64,000 bases of DNA from a virus: positions 32,001-96,000 of IMG/VR virus record IMGVR_UViG_3300023184_004051. One strand, given 5' to 3'. The translations under genes were made by a program, and so were the position numbers. Of this stretch, positions 49,464 through 59,243 are shown piece by piece (the stretch's first letter is position 1; each line of letters starts with the position of its first letter). The notes beneath the pieces were generated by a model. The model was not told the origin of the DNA, did no database searches, and saw only the letters and a program-made list of their open reading frames with translations.

Positions 49464-49840
49464 GTAGGAAAATCCAAAAGTCTTACACGCTTCGCTACGA
49501 TGTCCGACCCGACTTCACGCTCAACAAGGAACGAACGGTGCATCACCACGCTCGTGCCAAAGTGGTCAAGGAGTGGCGACAGGCGTTTGCTGATGCCGCC
49601 CAAGCCGAGATGATACCGAGATTGGAACAAATCACGGTTGAAGCGCAGCCCTATGTGCTGAACGCTCGCTATCGCCAAGATGTCGGTGCGTGTTTCCCTG
49701 TGGTGAAAGCGGCGATTGACGGACTTGTGGATGCAGGCGTTCTCGTTGACGACCACGCAGGGATTGTGGTGAAACTGACGATGCTCGCTCCCATTTTTGG
49801 CAGCGACGCTTTGGAAATCACGATTGCTAGCGTAGGATAG
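49460..49840 (+). CDS. RusA-like Holliday junction resolvase
   Basis: TLN..QDVGA..KAAIDGLVDAGVLVDD. Confidence 0.75.
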   Translation: MSRKIQKSYTLRYDVRPDFTLNKERTVHHHARAKVVKEWRQAFADAAQAEMIPRLEQITVEAQPYVLNARYRQDVGACFPVVKAAIDGLVDAGVLVDDHAGIVVKLTMLAPIFGSDALEITIASVG

Positions 49841-49848
49841 GTGCTGAA

Positions 49849-52800
49849 ATGGATTTTCCTACCTATGAAAACCCGACGGCTTACCACGCCCAAGCAGTTT
49901 TGGATAACACCGACCTCAAAGCGGTTTCGGTAGCCCCAAACTTCACGGGTGTCGCTTCCGGCTGTGCGGTTTCAGCAAATGCAACGATGGGTGTTGCCAT
50001 TGCTTCGGGAACCATCCTCATCAACGGTGCGCCCTACACGACTGTTGGTGGAACTTCTGCCGTTTCCTCCGCAAGTGTGGGTGACCGCCGTGACATCGTT
50101 TACGCAACTTGGTCTGGCTCGGCTGTAGTTTTCACCACCGCAGCCGGAACCCCTGCAACTGCCGGATGGACTTTTGGAACGCAGGGAACACCACCCATCA
50201 AGCCAACTCTGCCCGACAACGCAGTTTTGCTTGCGGAAGTGTATGTCGTTGGAACGGGGGCAACCCCAACAACTGTCATTACAAGTGCTGAAATCGTAGA
50301 CAAGCGATGCTTCGTCACGCAGTTCACCAACGATGTGACTGCCACGACGGGTGGCTCAATGACTCTAAAGGCCGTTGGAACCGCAGGAACTTACGGTGGT
50401 GGAAACGCCCTCCCATCCATCACGACGGATAGTGCGGGTCGGATTTCAGCAGCAAACAACATCGCCGCAATCCCCTCGACCTACACGGCTGGAACACCAA
50501 CTTACATTGGCTCTGCCACTACCCCTATTACGGGAGGAACCTTCACCTCAGGGTCGTGGACTTTCAATGCGTCTATTACTCCGACGGCGTGTTCATCAAC
50601 AGCAAACTTGATTACATTCTCTGTGAGCGCCACCACAGGTTTTGTCGTTGGGCAAATGATTACTGCCGCCGGTTTCGCTAACGCTGCCTACAACGGCGTG
50701 TTTTATGTTGGAGCAGTTTCAGCATCGGCAGTCACGGTTTATGCGGGAACTAACCCCGCTTCCATCCCATCAAACACCACAGGCAAGTTGTATCCGACGA
50801 TTGGAGTTGGCTCGCAAGTTGGCGTGGCGGCGGTCAACGGCTCTGCAACCATTCCTATCGGTGGTATCACCACAAACGGAACGACTTGGACAGTCACCAC
50901 TTCGGCTGCACACGGCTTTGTCAACGGTGCTTCGGTCACTATCGCTGGTGTCACACCCTCCGGCTACAACGGTTCATTCACGATTGCCTCTATTGGCTCA
51001 ACGACTTTCACTATCACGAACGCCACTCAGCCCGTTCCAGTCACGGTTGCAGGAACGGCAACGGCCACAATGGGGGCGATTTCTTTTGCCCCTGTTATTG
51101 CTTCATCTCTAGGCTCGTTCACAATCACCACTCAGCCAAACGGTATTACGCCTGTCAACTCGCCTGCGAGCGGAACCCTGACCTATCCTGTGCCGCTTTA
51201 CAGCGCCGCATCGCCCGCAGTTGGGTATTACCAAGCGTGGTCGGGAACTTCGCCTGTCCAAGTCCCAACATTTGGTGGTGGAAAGAACGCCCTCATCAAC
51301 TCGGCAATGGACATTTGGAACCGTGGAACTTCCATCGCCATCAACACGAGCATTGGTGCATCAGCATCGGCGTGGACAGCAGACCGTTGGTATGTGACCG
51401 CTCTCAACGGCAGCGTCACGGCTTCGCAAGACGGCACGGCAACGATGCCGAACAACGCTCCTTACGGCCATCGCATCACCACTGGCTCGGCAGGAAACGC
51501 TGGCTACATTATGCAACAGGCTTTAGATAGCGTCACCTCAAAGGCACTCGCTGGTCAGAACTTGACTGTTTCGTTCAACGCTCGCTTCAATGCCAACAAC
51601 AATAGAACTGCCGTATCTATTTTCACCTCTAGCATCTCCAACTCCATCACGGGCAACACTTGGAACCACCTGTCAACCGCTAGCGCAAATACGCCAACGA
51701 CCTATGCCACGACCCTTCCCCTACAAGCAGTTAGTGGCATTATCCCAACCGGAACACTTGGCGTGATGGTGCAGATTACGCCGGTTGCTGCAATCAACAG
51801 CATTGCAAACTCTGGCACAACGCCCAATATTGTTTGGACAGTTACAACCGGAACGGTTCACGGTCTTACCACAGGCGATACGGTTGTCATTTTTGCGGCT
51901 AACGCTTCATACAACGGAACTTGGACAGTCGCTTCAGTCCCATCAGGAACAACTTTCACCATCGGTAGCCAGACCACAAACCCCGGAACAGCAACCGGAT
52001 ACGCAACTGCCGCCTTTTCTCCGGTTATGTCGGTTTCGGCTTTCCAAATCACAAGTGCCACCGTTTTCACCTACACGGCTGCGCTGCCTGCCGCTTCAGG
52101 TGGCAGTTCGCCCTCTACTTATTTTCAGCCCGGTCAAACAGTCACGATTGCGGGTCTTACAGGTGGAGCCGCAGTAGGCAATGGAACTTTTGTCCTTGCT
52201 TCAGCCAGCGCCTCAGGCTTTACGGTCACCACTTCTGGTCAGACCGCAGGCTCTTTGATTTCTGGTCAGGCAGGAACGGCTACAGCCGTTACCACGCACG
52301 ATGTCACCAAAGTGCAGTTGGAGTTTATGGGCGGCAACAACATTTACTCCATTTACAACCGGCACGGTGGGGCAAATGAAACTGCTGAAATCATTACAAA
52401 TGGGCCTGCCGGAACCAATGGCGTTCTTGTCACGACGGGCGCTCTTGACTCAGGAACGGGTCAAGGAACACCATCTTGGCTCACAGTCGGTGCAACCAAC
52501 ACGGCTTTGATGTCTAGTGGAACCCAATCCGTCTTTGCCTACAGGCAGACACAGGCTCTCGCCTACACAACAAGCGGTGGAGTTATTGGAACCAATGTTG
52601 GTGAAACTATCCCTGTCTGGGGGGCAAATGCCGTCTACACAACCGTCGCTTCCAATATGCGTCTTACCGCCGTTTACCTCACCGCGGGGCAACAGGTCAC
52701 CAACTTGACTTTCTTTGGCATCGGGGCGGGGTCGGGTCTTAGTACCGCTTGGGGTGGGCTTTTCACCCTTGCATCAGGTTCAGGCTCTAGCGGGGTGACA

Positions 52801-53103
52801 ACATTGGTCGCTGCTACTGCCACGCAAAGCATTTCCACTACCTCCGCTACGGCTTTTGCGACTTGGGCATTATCAAGCCCTTACACCGTTCCGTCTACGG
52901 GTCTTTACTATGTGGGTTTTCTGTTTGCAGGAACATCACCTACTTTTCCGACCCTTGCGGGAGCAAGTAGCCAAATCTCGGCGGTTCTCAACACGCCACG
53001 CCCATCGGCACAAATCACCACCGCACCGGCAACTCCGCCCGCTATCGGCGCAACATACAATGTTGGTGGTAGTGCTTGGAGCATCTACGCCGCACTTACC
53101 TAA
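49849..53103 (+). CDS. Orphan tail fibre / receptor-binding protein outside the tail operon
   Basis: GCAVS..RRDIVY..VLLAEVYV..IVDKR N-terminus; KNALINSAMDIWNRG..TADRW carbohydrate-binding-like domain; repeated beta modules. Confidence 0.7.
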   Translation: MDFPTYENPTAYHAQAVLDNTDLKAVSVAPNFTGVASGCAVSANATMGVAIASGTILINGAPYTTVGGTSAVSSASVGDRRDIVYATWSGSAVVFTTAAGTPATAGWTFGTQGTPPIKPTLPDNAVLLAEVYVVGTGATPTTVITSAEIVDKRCFVTQFTNDVTATTGGSMTLKAVGTAGTYGGGNALPSITTDSAGRISAANNIAAIPSTYTAGTPTYIGSATTPITGGTFTSGSWTFNASITPTACSSTANLITFSVSATTGFVVGQMITAAGFANAAYNGVFYVGAVSASAVTVYAGTNPASIPSNTTGKLYPTIGVGSQVGVAAVNGSATIPIGGITTNGTTWTVTTSAAHGFVNGASVTIAGVTPSGYNGSFTIASIGSTTFTITNATQPVPVTVAGTATATMGAISFAPVIASSLGSFTITTQPNGITPVNSPASGTLTYPVPLYSAASPAVGYYQAWSGTSPVQVPTFGGGKNALINSAMDIWNRGTSIAINTSIGASASAWTADRWYVTALNGSVTASQDGTATMPNNAPYGHRITTGSAGNAGYIMQQALDSVTSKALAGQNLTVSFNARFNANNNRTAVSIFTSSISNSITGNTWNHLSTASANTPTTYATTLPLQAVSGIIPTGTLGVMVQITPVAAINSIANSGTTPNIVWTVTTGTVHGLTTGDTVVIFAANASYNGTWTVASVPSGTTFTIGSQTTNPGTATGYATAAFSPVMSVSAFQITSATVFTYTAALPAASGGSSPSTYFQPGQTVTIAGLTGGAAVGNGTFVLASASASGFTVTTSGQTAGSLISGQAGTATAVTTHDVTKVQLEFMGGNNIYSIYNRHGGANETAEIITNGPAGTNGVLVTTGALDSGTGQGTPSWLTVGATNTALMSSGTQSVFAYRQTQALAYTTSGGVIGTNVGETIPVWGANAVYTTVASNMRLTAVYLTAGQQVTNLTFFGIGAGSGLSTAWGGLFTLASGSGSSGVTTLVAATATQSISTTSATAFATWALSSPYTVPSTGLYYVGFLFAGTSPTFPTLAGASSQISAVLNTPRPSAQITTAPATPPAIGATYNVGGSAWSIYAALT

Positions 53104-53191
53104 GCCCTAGTTATTTCACCAAACAACTTGACTTTATGACCCTCACGCAACCGCAGTTGTTGTAGTAGGGTTTCCAAAACACGAAGGGGTT

Positions 53192-53344
53192 GTGATAGTG
53201 AAATCCGACGACGACGGACATTGCCTGATTTGCCGCATCAAGACCTACCTGATTTCGGGGGATTGGTTTCACTACAATCAAGAGGCCAAGCGCGCCGCTT
53301 CCAAACTGTGCCACCCCTCGCACCCCAAGCCTGCTGATAACTAA
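53192..53344 (+). CDS. Small 50-aa Cys/His protein (not in ORF track)
   Basis: GAAGGGG RBS, GTG start, HCLICR..WFHY..CHPSHP. Confidence 0.45.
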   Translation: MIVKSDDDGHCLICRIKTYLISGDWFHYNQEAKRAASKLCHPSHPKPADN

Positions 53345-53367
53345 GTTCTGAGAACAAGGAGAAACCT

Positions 53368-53625
53368 ATGGAACCCGTCACCCCGCTTCCAAAGCGCCAA
53401 GAAGTTGACACAAACTTTTCACCAGAGGTCGCCTCGCTGCTGCAACACATCAAGGATGTCTGCAAGCAGATGCGTGACCACGAACGAGCGGTGATTGACT
53501 TGGGCGTTGAGCGTCGCCAGACCGTCACTCGACTCCGTGACCACGGCATCACTTGGCGCAAGATTGCTGAATGGGCCGGCACGACTGACCAAGCCCTTTA
53601 CAAGCACCACAACCGAGACAAGTAG
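53368..53625 (+). CDS. Small HTH DNA-binding protein
   Basis: LRDHGITWRKIAEWAGTTDQALYK; AAGGAG RBS. Confidence 0.7.
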   Translation: MEPVTPLPKRQEVDTNFSPEVASLLQHIKDVCKQMRDHERAVIDLGVERRQTVTRLRDHGITWRKIAEWAGTTDQALYKHHNRDK

Positions 53626-53654
53626 TTGACATCACCACTCGCACCTACTAAACT
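53626..53654 (+). promoter_or_regulatory. SigA-like promoter of the helicase gene
   Basis: TTGACA-N17-TAAACT. Confidence 0.65.
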
Positions 53655-53657
53655 AGG

Positions 53658-56126
53658 GTGCGTATGCCGACACCTGACCCAACTTTAGTTAGAGCCGTGC
53701 AGACGCTTGCGGGCGTTTGCGATGGAGCCGCCACCCAAGATGGTGTTGGCTTCAATGGGCCTGACAGCAAGTTTGGGAAGTCTCTTGGTGAAGCCCCTGT
53801 AGAGGTTTGGACTGATGCCCTCGCCAGAGATGCGTGGGAACTCATCGCCAAGTATCGGGGGCAACTCAAAAGGGTTGGCATTGACTACGACAGCATCCCA
53901 GAGCCTCCTAAGGCGCACGGTGTCAAGGGCGTAAGAGCCGTAGATGTCCGCTCAGGCAAGGTTTTGGTGTTCCTGCCCTATGGGGACTCAGCCTATCCAA
54001 AACAGGCGTTATCAGCAACTTGGAACCGTGACCTGCGGGGTTGGCAGGTAGCCGTATCCAAGTATGGCTCAGTCTTGTCGTGGGCTGAAAGAAACGACAT
54101 CCCCGTGACCGACAGGGCGAAGGCAATCCTGTCATCAGCACCTCAGCCAGACAAGCCAGACTACGGTGGCACAGCCCTTTTGGAGTTTGGTGAAATCGTG
54201 TTGAAGTTTGACTACAACCCCAAACTCGTAGATGCCGTTCGTGCCATTCCCGGTAGGCATTGGAACGGTCACGAGAAGGTTTGGATTATCCCTGCCAAGT
54301 GCGTGAGCCTCGTTCGTCAGTTGGCGGAGGACTATCACCTCTTTCTAACCGAGGATGTCAAGCGCCTACCTGACCACGAAGTGACCACAGCACCGACTGT
54401 CTCCGTCAAAGGGAAGTCGTTTGCCATCTCGTTCACCTACGATGCCGACCTACTTTCCAGCGTTCGCCAAATGCCCGGTTCTACTTGGTCACCTAAGGAC
54501 AGAGTTTGGCTTGTTCCGATTGAGAGCGTTGAGGAAGTTCAGAAGTTTATCGCCCAATCAAAGGCAAAAACTTCACCAGAAGTCGCCAAGTTGGTCGCTG
54601 AGGCAAGTGTCGTTCAAGCGGTTATTGACGCATCAGCAGCGCACGATGCCGAAATCCAAATCAAGGGATTTGGCTCAGAGAAGTTCCAACTATTCCCATT
54701 CCAAAGAGCCGGTGTCGCCTACGCTATGCGTCAAATGGGCTTCACCTGCGACGATGATGGAGTGTGGATACAAACCGAAATAAACTCCGGTGGTGTTCTT
54801 ATTGGCGACGAAATGGGGCTTGGAAAAACCTCGCAAGGTCTTGGTGTTCTGAAGGCTACGAACTCGTTTCCTGCGGTGATTGTCTGCCCTGCCAGCCTCA
54901 AACTCAACTGGAAGCGTGAAGCCGAACAATGGATACCGGGCGTTCAGGTGAAGGTTCTTTCAGGCACTAAAGGCAACTTGCCTGATGCCGACATTTACAT
55001 CATAAACTACGATATTCTCACGCATTGGACAGATAAGTTCGTGAGTATCAAGGGCTTGGTTTTGGATGAAAGCCACTACATCAAGAACGGTTCAGCACAG
55101 CGTTCCAAAGCCTGTATTCGTATGGCGGATAAGGTTTCCGAAGGTGGCGTTAGAGTCTGTTTGTCAGGAACACCAATCGTCAATCAACCTTTAGAGATTA
55201 TGACGCAACTCCGTGTCATCAACCGTTTGGATGAGTTTGGCGGAGCCACTTCATTCCGAGGAAACTACGGGCGGGCATCAGCAAAGAGCCTCGCAGCACT
55301 CAACCGGAAACTCCGTAGCACTTGCTATGTCCGTAGGCGTAAGGCTGATGTTTTGACCGAACTGCCTCCGAAGCGTTGGGCGCACTTGGTCGTAGAAGGC
55401 GACCCTGTGGTGATGAAGGAATACAAGAAAGCCGAAGCCGACATCGTGAAGTATCTGTCGCAGTTGGCGATGCAACTCGCTTTGGAAGCCGGTGCTGATA
55501 ACGAGGAAGCCCGACGAGAGGCTTGGCAAAAGGCGCTACGAGCCAGAGCCGCCGAGAACCTTGTCGCCATCACCACCTTGAAGCAACTCGCCGCCAAAGC
55601 CAAAATGAAGGTCGCTAAGAGTTGGATAGATGACTTCCTCGCCAACGACAAGAAGTTGGTGGTGTTCGGATGGCATCGTGACATCGTGGATATGGTTGCT
55701 GAAAACTTCAGTAATGGCGTGAAAATCCAAGGCGGATTGACCGCCGAGAAGCGTCAGGAAGCCGTTGACCTTTTCCAAAACTCAGACGAGCAGAAGGTGA
55801 TTGCCTGCAACATCAAGGCAGCCGGAGTGGGTCTAACCCTGACCGCAGCCAGCGATGTGCTGTTCGTTGAGCAGGGATGGACACCGAGCGATATGGAGCA
55901 GGGTGCTGACCGTTGCCACCGCATCGGACAGACCGACAGCGTGACCGCTTGGCTGATGCTGACCGCCGAAACGATTGACGAGGATATCGCCACGCTGATT
56001 GACCACAAGAGAAGCATCGTGGACAGGGCGATTGACGGAAGCGATGACGACGATGACGAGGAAACCTCCATCATTGGTGATTTGCTTGTCGGCCTTGCCG
56101 AGCGTGGGATGCAGGAAGCGTCGTAG
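53658..56126 (+). CDS. SNF2-family helicase with HARP-like domains (SMARCAL1-like)
   Basis: GDEMGLGKT, LDESH, LSGTP, QGADRCHRIGQ; repeated FxY...VRxxPG..W....VW modules. Confidence 0.85.
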   Translation: MRMPTPDPTLVRAVQTLAGVCDGAATQDGVGFNGPDSKFGKSLGEAPVEVWTDALARDAWELIAKYRGQLKRVGIDYDSIPEPPKAHGVKGVRAVDVRSGKVLVFLPYGDSAYPKQALSATWNRDLRGWQVAVSKYGSVLSWAERNDIPVTDRAKAILSSAPQPDKPDYGGTALLEFGEIVLKFDYNPKLVDAVRAIPGRHWNGHEKVWIIPAKCVSLVRQLAEDYHLFLTEDVKRLPDHEVTTAPTVSVKGKSFAISFTYDADLLSSVRQMPGSTWSPKDRVWLVPIESVEEVQKFIAQSKAKTSPEVAKLVAEASVVQAVIDASAAHDAEIQIKGFGSEKFQLFPFQRAGVAYAMRQMGFTCDDDGVWIQTEINSGGVLIGDEMGLGKTSQGLGVLKATNSFPAVIVCPASLKLNWKREAEQWIPGVQVKVLSGTKGNLPDADIYIINYDILTHWTDKFVSIKGLVLDESHYIKNGSAQRSKACIRMADKVSEGGVRVCLSGTPIVNQPLEIMTQLRVINRLDEFGGATSFRGNYGRASAKSLAALNRKLRSTCYVRRRKADVLTELPPKRWAHLVVEGDPVVMKEYKKAEADIVKYLSQLAMQLALEAGADNEEARREAWQKALRARAAENLVAITTLKQLAAKAKMKVAKSWIDDFLANDKKLVVFGWHRDIVDMVAENFSNGVKIQGGLTAEKRQEAVDLFQNSDEQKVIACNIKAAGVGLTLTAASDVLFVEQGWTPSDMEQGADRCHRIGQTDSVTAWLMLTAETIDEDIATLIDHKRSIVDRAIDGSDDDDDEETSIIGDLLVGLAERGMQEAS

Positions 56127-56159
56127 TCGCCTTACCCTTGCTGAAAAGTAAGGAGAGGG

Positions 56160-56519
56160 TTAGAGCGTGTTGCCCGCAGCGTTGTCGGTAAAGCCTGTGT
56201 TCACAGCGGCAGTTGCACTCTCGGCGGCGCTAGAGGCATCAGCAGCCATCTCAATCGCATCTTTGTGCGTGTCGTCATCTTTGCCTGATGTGATTTCAGC
56301 AGCCTTGTTGTGTGCCGTAGCCGCTTGGTTGTGCAGACTTGCGGGGAAAATAAACCCCTTCTTGGTCAGGATTTCAGCAACCTTGCGATGATACTTCGCC
56401 TTTTGCTTGTGATGAGCCGCTTGCTCTCTCGACTTCTCGACGGTTTCACCAGCGATTTTCAACACACCCACTGAAGCCCACGAGGGCAACAGAGCGTCGG
56501 TGGCGAAAGGATTTGTCAT
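56160..56519 (-). CDS. His/Ala-rich helical protein with NPF..LL N-terminus (related to the tagged cargo proteins)
   Basis: MTNPFATDALL; HNQAATAHNKAAE; TAGACT-N6-ATG start on the minus strand. Confidence 0.6.
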   Translation of the reverse strand: MTNPFATDALLPSWASVGVLKIAGETVEKSREQAAHHKQKAKYHRKVAEILTKKGFIFPASLHNQAATAHNKAAEITSGKDDDTHKDAIEMAADASSAAESATAAVNTGFTDNAAGNTL

Positions 56520-56569
56520 AACAAAAGTCTATCCTGCGTTAGTGAAATCCCTGAAGTAGAGTGGCATCT

Positions 56570-57772
56570 ATGAATATCAACGTGAGAGCCGAACTTGTTG
56601 CGATTGACAGCATCAAGGCGCACCCGCAAAACCCCCGACTTGGTGATGTCGCCGCTATTGCCGAGAGTTTGGAAGTCAACGGTCAGTATTCACCAGTCGT
56701 GGTTTGGAACGACACGATTATTGCCGGAACCCACACTTGGAAGGCCGCAAAGAGTCTCGGCTGGACAGAAATCGCCGTCACCTACTTTGAGGGCAGCGAG
56801 GATGAGGCGCTTCGTGTGCTGATAACCGACAACCGCACGAGTGACATTGCCGTTTACAACAACGAACTGCTCCTTGACCTGCTGAAATCCCTGCCGGATT
56901 TGGAAGGAACGGGCTTTGACACCGAGTATTTAGACGAACTTGACGGTCTACACAACGACACCTCCGGTGGCATTTCCAAACCTCTCCTTGACGACGAGCC
57001 AACCGACGACCCAACACCACCTGTTCCAATCGTTCTTGGTGACTTTCGGGGCTACTTGGACTACGGACTGCACGACATCTGGCTCTCATCTATCCAAGAT
57101 GCGGTTGGTGAAAAGAAAGCCAAGATTACTAAGGAAATCCGCAATCGCTTGGACATCCCCAACGACCCAAAGCCGCCAAAGACGGAAAAGGTCAAGACTT
57201 CCAAAACTGCCGACCAAAAGATGACGATGGTGGAAACTACTCTCGTTCCCATCAAAGAACTGAAGCGGTATCCAAACAACCCTCGCGAGGGGGACATCGG
57301 GGCGATTAGTGAAAGCCTGCGGGTTCTTGGGCAATACCGACCCGTCGTGGTGAATAAGCGCAACAACCAAATCCTGAAGGGCAACCACACGGCTGCCGCT
57401 GCATCAGCACTTGGCTGGACTGAAGTTGCCGTCGTATGGGTGGATGTGGATGACGAAGCGGCGGCAAAAATCGTGCTTGCCGACAACCGAACAGCAGACA
57501 AGGCGACCTACGACAACGACCTGCTTCTCTCTGCGATTTCACTACTGGACACTTTGGAAGGTTCCGGGTTTGACAGTGAGGATGTAGCCGACATCGCACA
57601 GGGCAAGAACAGCACCCCCGTCATTGCAAAGGTCAAGTTCCAAATCGGGGATTACTCGTTCTCGACTACACAGGGCGCTTACGACGCTTGGGCTGCTGAA
57701 ACCAATATTCCTGATGAGGCGCTTCACCAACTTGGCTTGCCCCTAACCGCACTTCTAAGGGAAGCAGACTGA
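56570..57772 (+). CDS. Protein with two tandem ParB/Srx N-terminal domains
   Basis: HPQNPRLGDV..IIAGTHTWKAA..DNRT and YPNNPREGDI..ILKGNHTAAAA..DNRT. Confidence 0.8.
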   Translation: MNINVRAELVAIDSIKAHPQNPRLGDVAAIAESLEVNGQYSPVVVWNDTIIAGTHTWKAAKSLGWTEIAVTYFEGSEDEALRVLITDNRTSDIAVYNNELLLDLLKSLPDLEGTGFDTEYLDELDGLHNDTSGGISKPLLDDEPTDDPTPPVPIVLGDFRGYLDYGLHDIWLSSIQDAVGEKKAKITKEIRNRLDIPNDPKPPKTEKVKTSKTADQKMTMVETTLVPIKELKRYPNNPREGDIGAISESLRVLGQYRPVVVNKRNNQILKGNHTAAAASALGWTEVAVVWVDVDDEAAAKIVLADNRTADKATYDNDLLLSAISLLDTLEGSGFDSEDVADIAQGKNSTPVIAKVKFQIGDYSFSTTQGAYDAWAAETNIPDEALHQLGLPLTALLREAD

Positions 57773-57786
57773 TGTAGAATGGTCGT

Positions 57787-58008
57787 ATGGGCAAAGACAA
57801 CCTGACTGTTATTTTAGCAACGCCACTCGCTTATCCAAAACCGAGCAAGGCTCTGTCCGATGTCGTTTTCTCGTTGTCACCCGACAAAATGCGTGACTTC
57901 TACGCATCTTTAGACCAGACTTTCAGCAAGTTCGGGAACAACGCAACCGTTGGAAACTTGCCACCTGCGCTGCAAACAGCAGTCGTCGCCAACTATCCGA
58001 TTGACTAG
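57787..58008 (+). CDS. Hypothetical protein, first gene of the tagged-protein cluster
   Basis: TAGAAT-N6-ATG; LAYPKPSKA resembles the YPxxK segment of its neighbours. Confidence 0.55.
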   Translation: MGKDNLTVILATPLAYPKPSKALSDVVFSLSPDKMRDFYASLDQTFSKFGNNATVGNLPPALQTAVVANYPID

Positions 58009-58010
58009 TT

Positions 58011-58688
58011 GTGTCAGGCTTCACCACTGAGGCATTGCTCTACCCTCTTGCCAAAGGGGACATCAGAGGACACGCCTTCCACGGGAACCAGTACGAAGTG
58101 GTCGCTAGCGAGGGCCAAAGCGAAAGCAGACCGCCGACTGGACAGTTCCAACTCTCAGGTAGTGAAATCCGTGAGTGGGTCAAGTCATTTCGTGAAGAAC
58201 GCCACGTTGCGGGTATTCTCACACAAGAAGCCATCCTTGACTCAGGAGCCGTCGCTCTTTCCAAAATGCTCGGGTTTGACAAGCCGGCCCAGCAACCCAA
58301 AACGCCACCCAGCCGAGAACCAAACCTCTATCGGGGATGCAGTCCTGAAGGTGCTGAAAGCCTGTTGCGACCTTTAGAACACTACGGGAGTGGCGGTGGG
58401 GCGGCTTATGGCAACGGGGTTTATTCCGCAGAGAACCGTTTGGTGGCGGAGCAATACAACGTCGGCGCAATGGTGAAAATCTGGCTTGACCCCGATACAA
58501 CGATTGCAGATGGCGAGGATGTGGAAAAGGCTTACAGGGCATTTGATGTCATCTTGCCTAACGAGTTTTCATCGTTCGCTTATCAGCCCGTCAATGCAGC
58601 ACTTCTCTTTGGCTACCAAGCCATTGAATGGGGTGGAACATTCGTCATTCTTGACCGTTCCAAAATGACTATCAGCACCGAGTCGTGA
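58011..58688 (+). CDS. Tagged protein with putative ADP-ribosyltransferase (PARP/diphtheria-toxin-like) domain
   Basis: KGDIRGHAFHGNQY tag; LYRG..YGNGVYSA..AEQY..GYQAI..FVILDRS. Confidence 0.6.
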   Translation: MSGFTTEALLYPLAKGDIRGHAFHGNQYEVVASEGQSESRPPTGQFQLSGSEIREWVKSFREERHVAGILTQEAILDSGAVALSKMLGFDKPAQQPKTPPSREPNLYRGCSPEGAESLLRPLEHYGSGGGAAYGNGVYSAENRLVAEQYNVGAMVKIWLDPDTTIADGEDVEKAYRAFDVILPNEFSSFAYQPVNAALLFGYQAIEWGGTFVILDRSKMTISTES

Positions 58689-58736
58689 CAGGCGGATTGG
58701 GCAAGTCGTAGTAGCATTAGCGGAAGGAGGTTCCCT

Positions 58737-59231
58737 ATGTCTATCAACCCTTTCCATTACGAAAATCTGCTGAAATCTGCTGGCAACTACCCCATTGCAA
58801 AGGGAGATTTGCCCGGACACCCGTTTCGGGGGAACCAGTACCAAACTCTCAACTCTGCGCTAGACCACATTTCACAAACGGCTTATCGGAGCGGCGGGAG
58901 GATTGAGAGGGACTCGGTTGCCGATGCCCACCGTGCAGCGGCAAAGGAGCATTACAGCAGAGCAGCCGGACTCCTTCAGCACGCCCAAAACCAAGTTGAC
59001 GCTGGATTGTCAAACACGACTGAGCAATACAAGCAAGATGTTCACGATGCGATTGGCGCTCATCTGCTTGCTGGAAAAGCGCACGATGCCGCCGCTGATG
59101 AAAACTCACGAGGGGTGGCTTATGGCCCCGGAGAGGTAAAGCCGTACAACGCTGAACAATCTGCATCCGCCTCAAAGACGGCTTTACGCCGTTCGGGTGA
59201 AGCACGAGCCACTACAGAACTTCTTTCCTAA
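58737..59231 (+). CDS. Tagged His/Ala-rich helical protein
   Basis: MSINPF..LLKS..NYPIAKGDLPGHPFRGNQY; AHRAAAKEH..AHDAAA; AAGGAGG RBS. Confidence 0.7.
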   Translation: MSINPFHYENLLKSAGNYPIAKGDLPGHPFRGNQYQTLNSALDHISQTAYRSGGRIERDSVADAHRAAAKEHYSRAAGLLQHAQNQVDAGLSNTTEQYKQDVHDAIGAHLLAGKAHDAAADENSRGVAYGPGEVKPYNAEQSASASKTALRRSGEARATTELLS

Positions 59232-59243
59232 GTAAGTAGTGGA

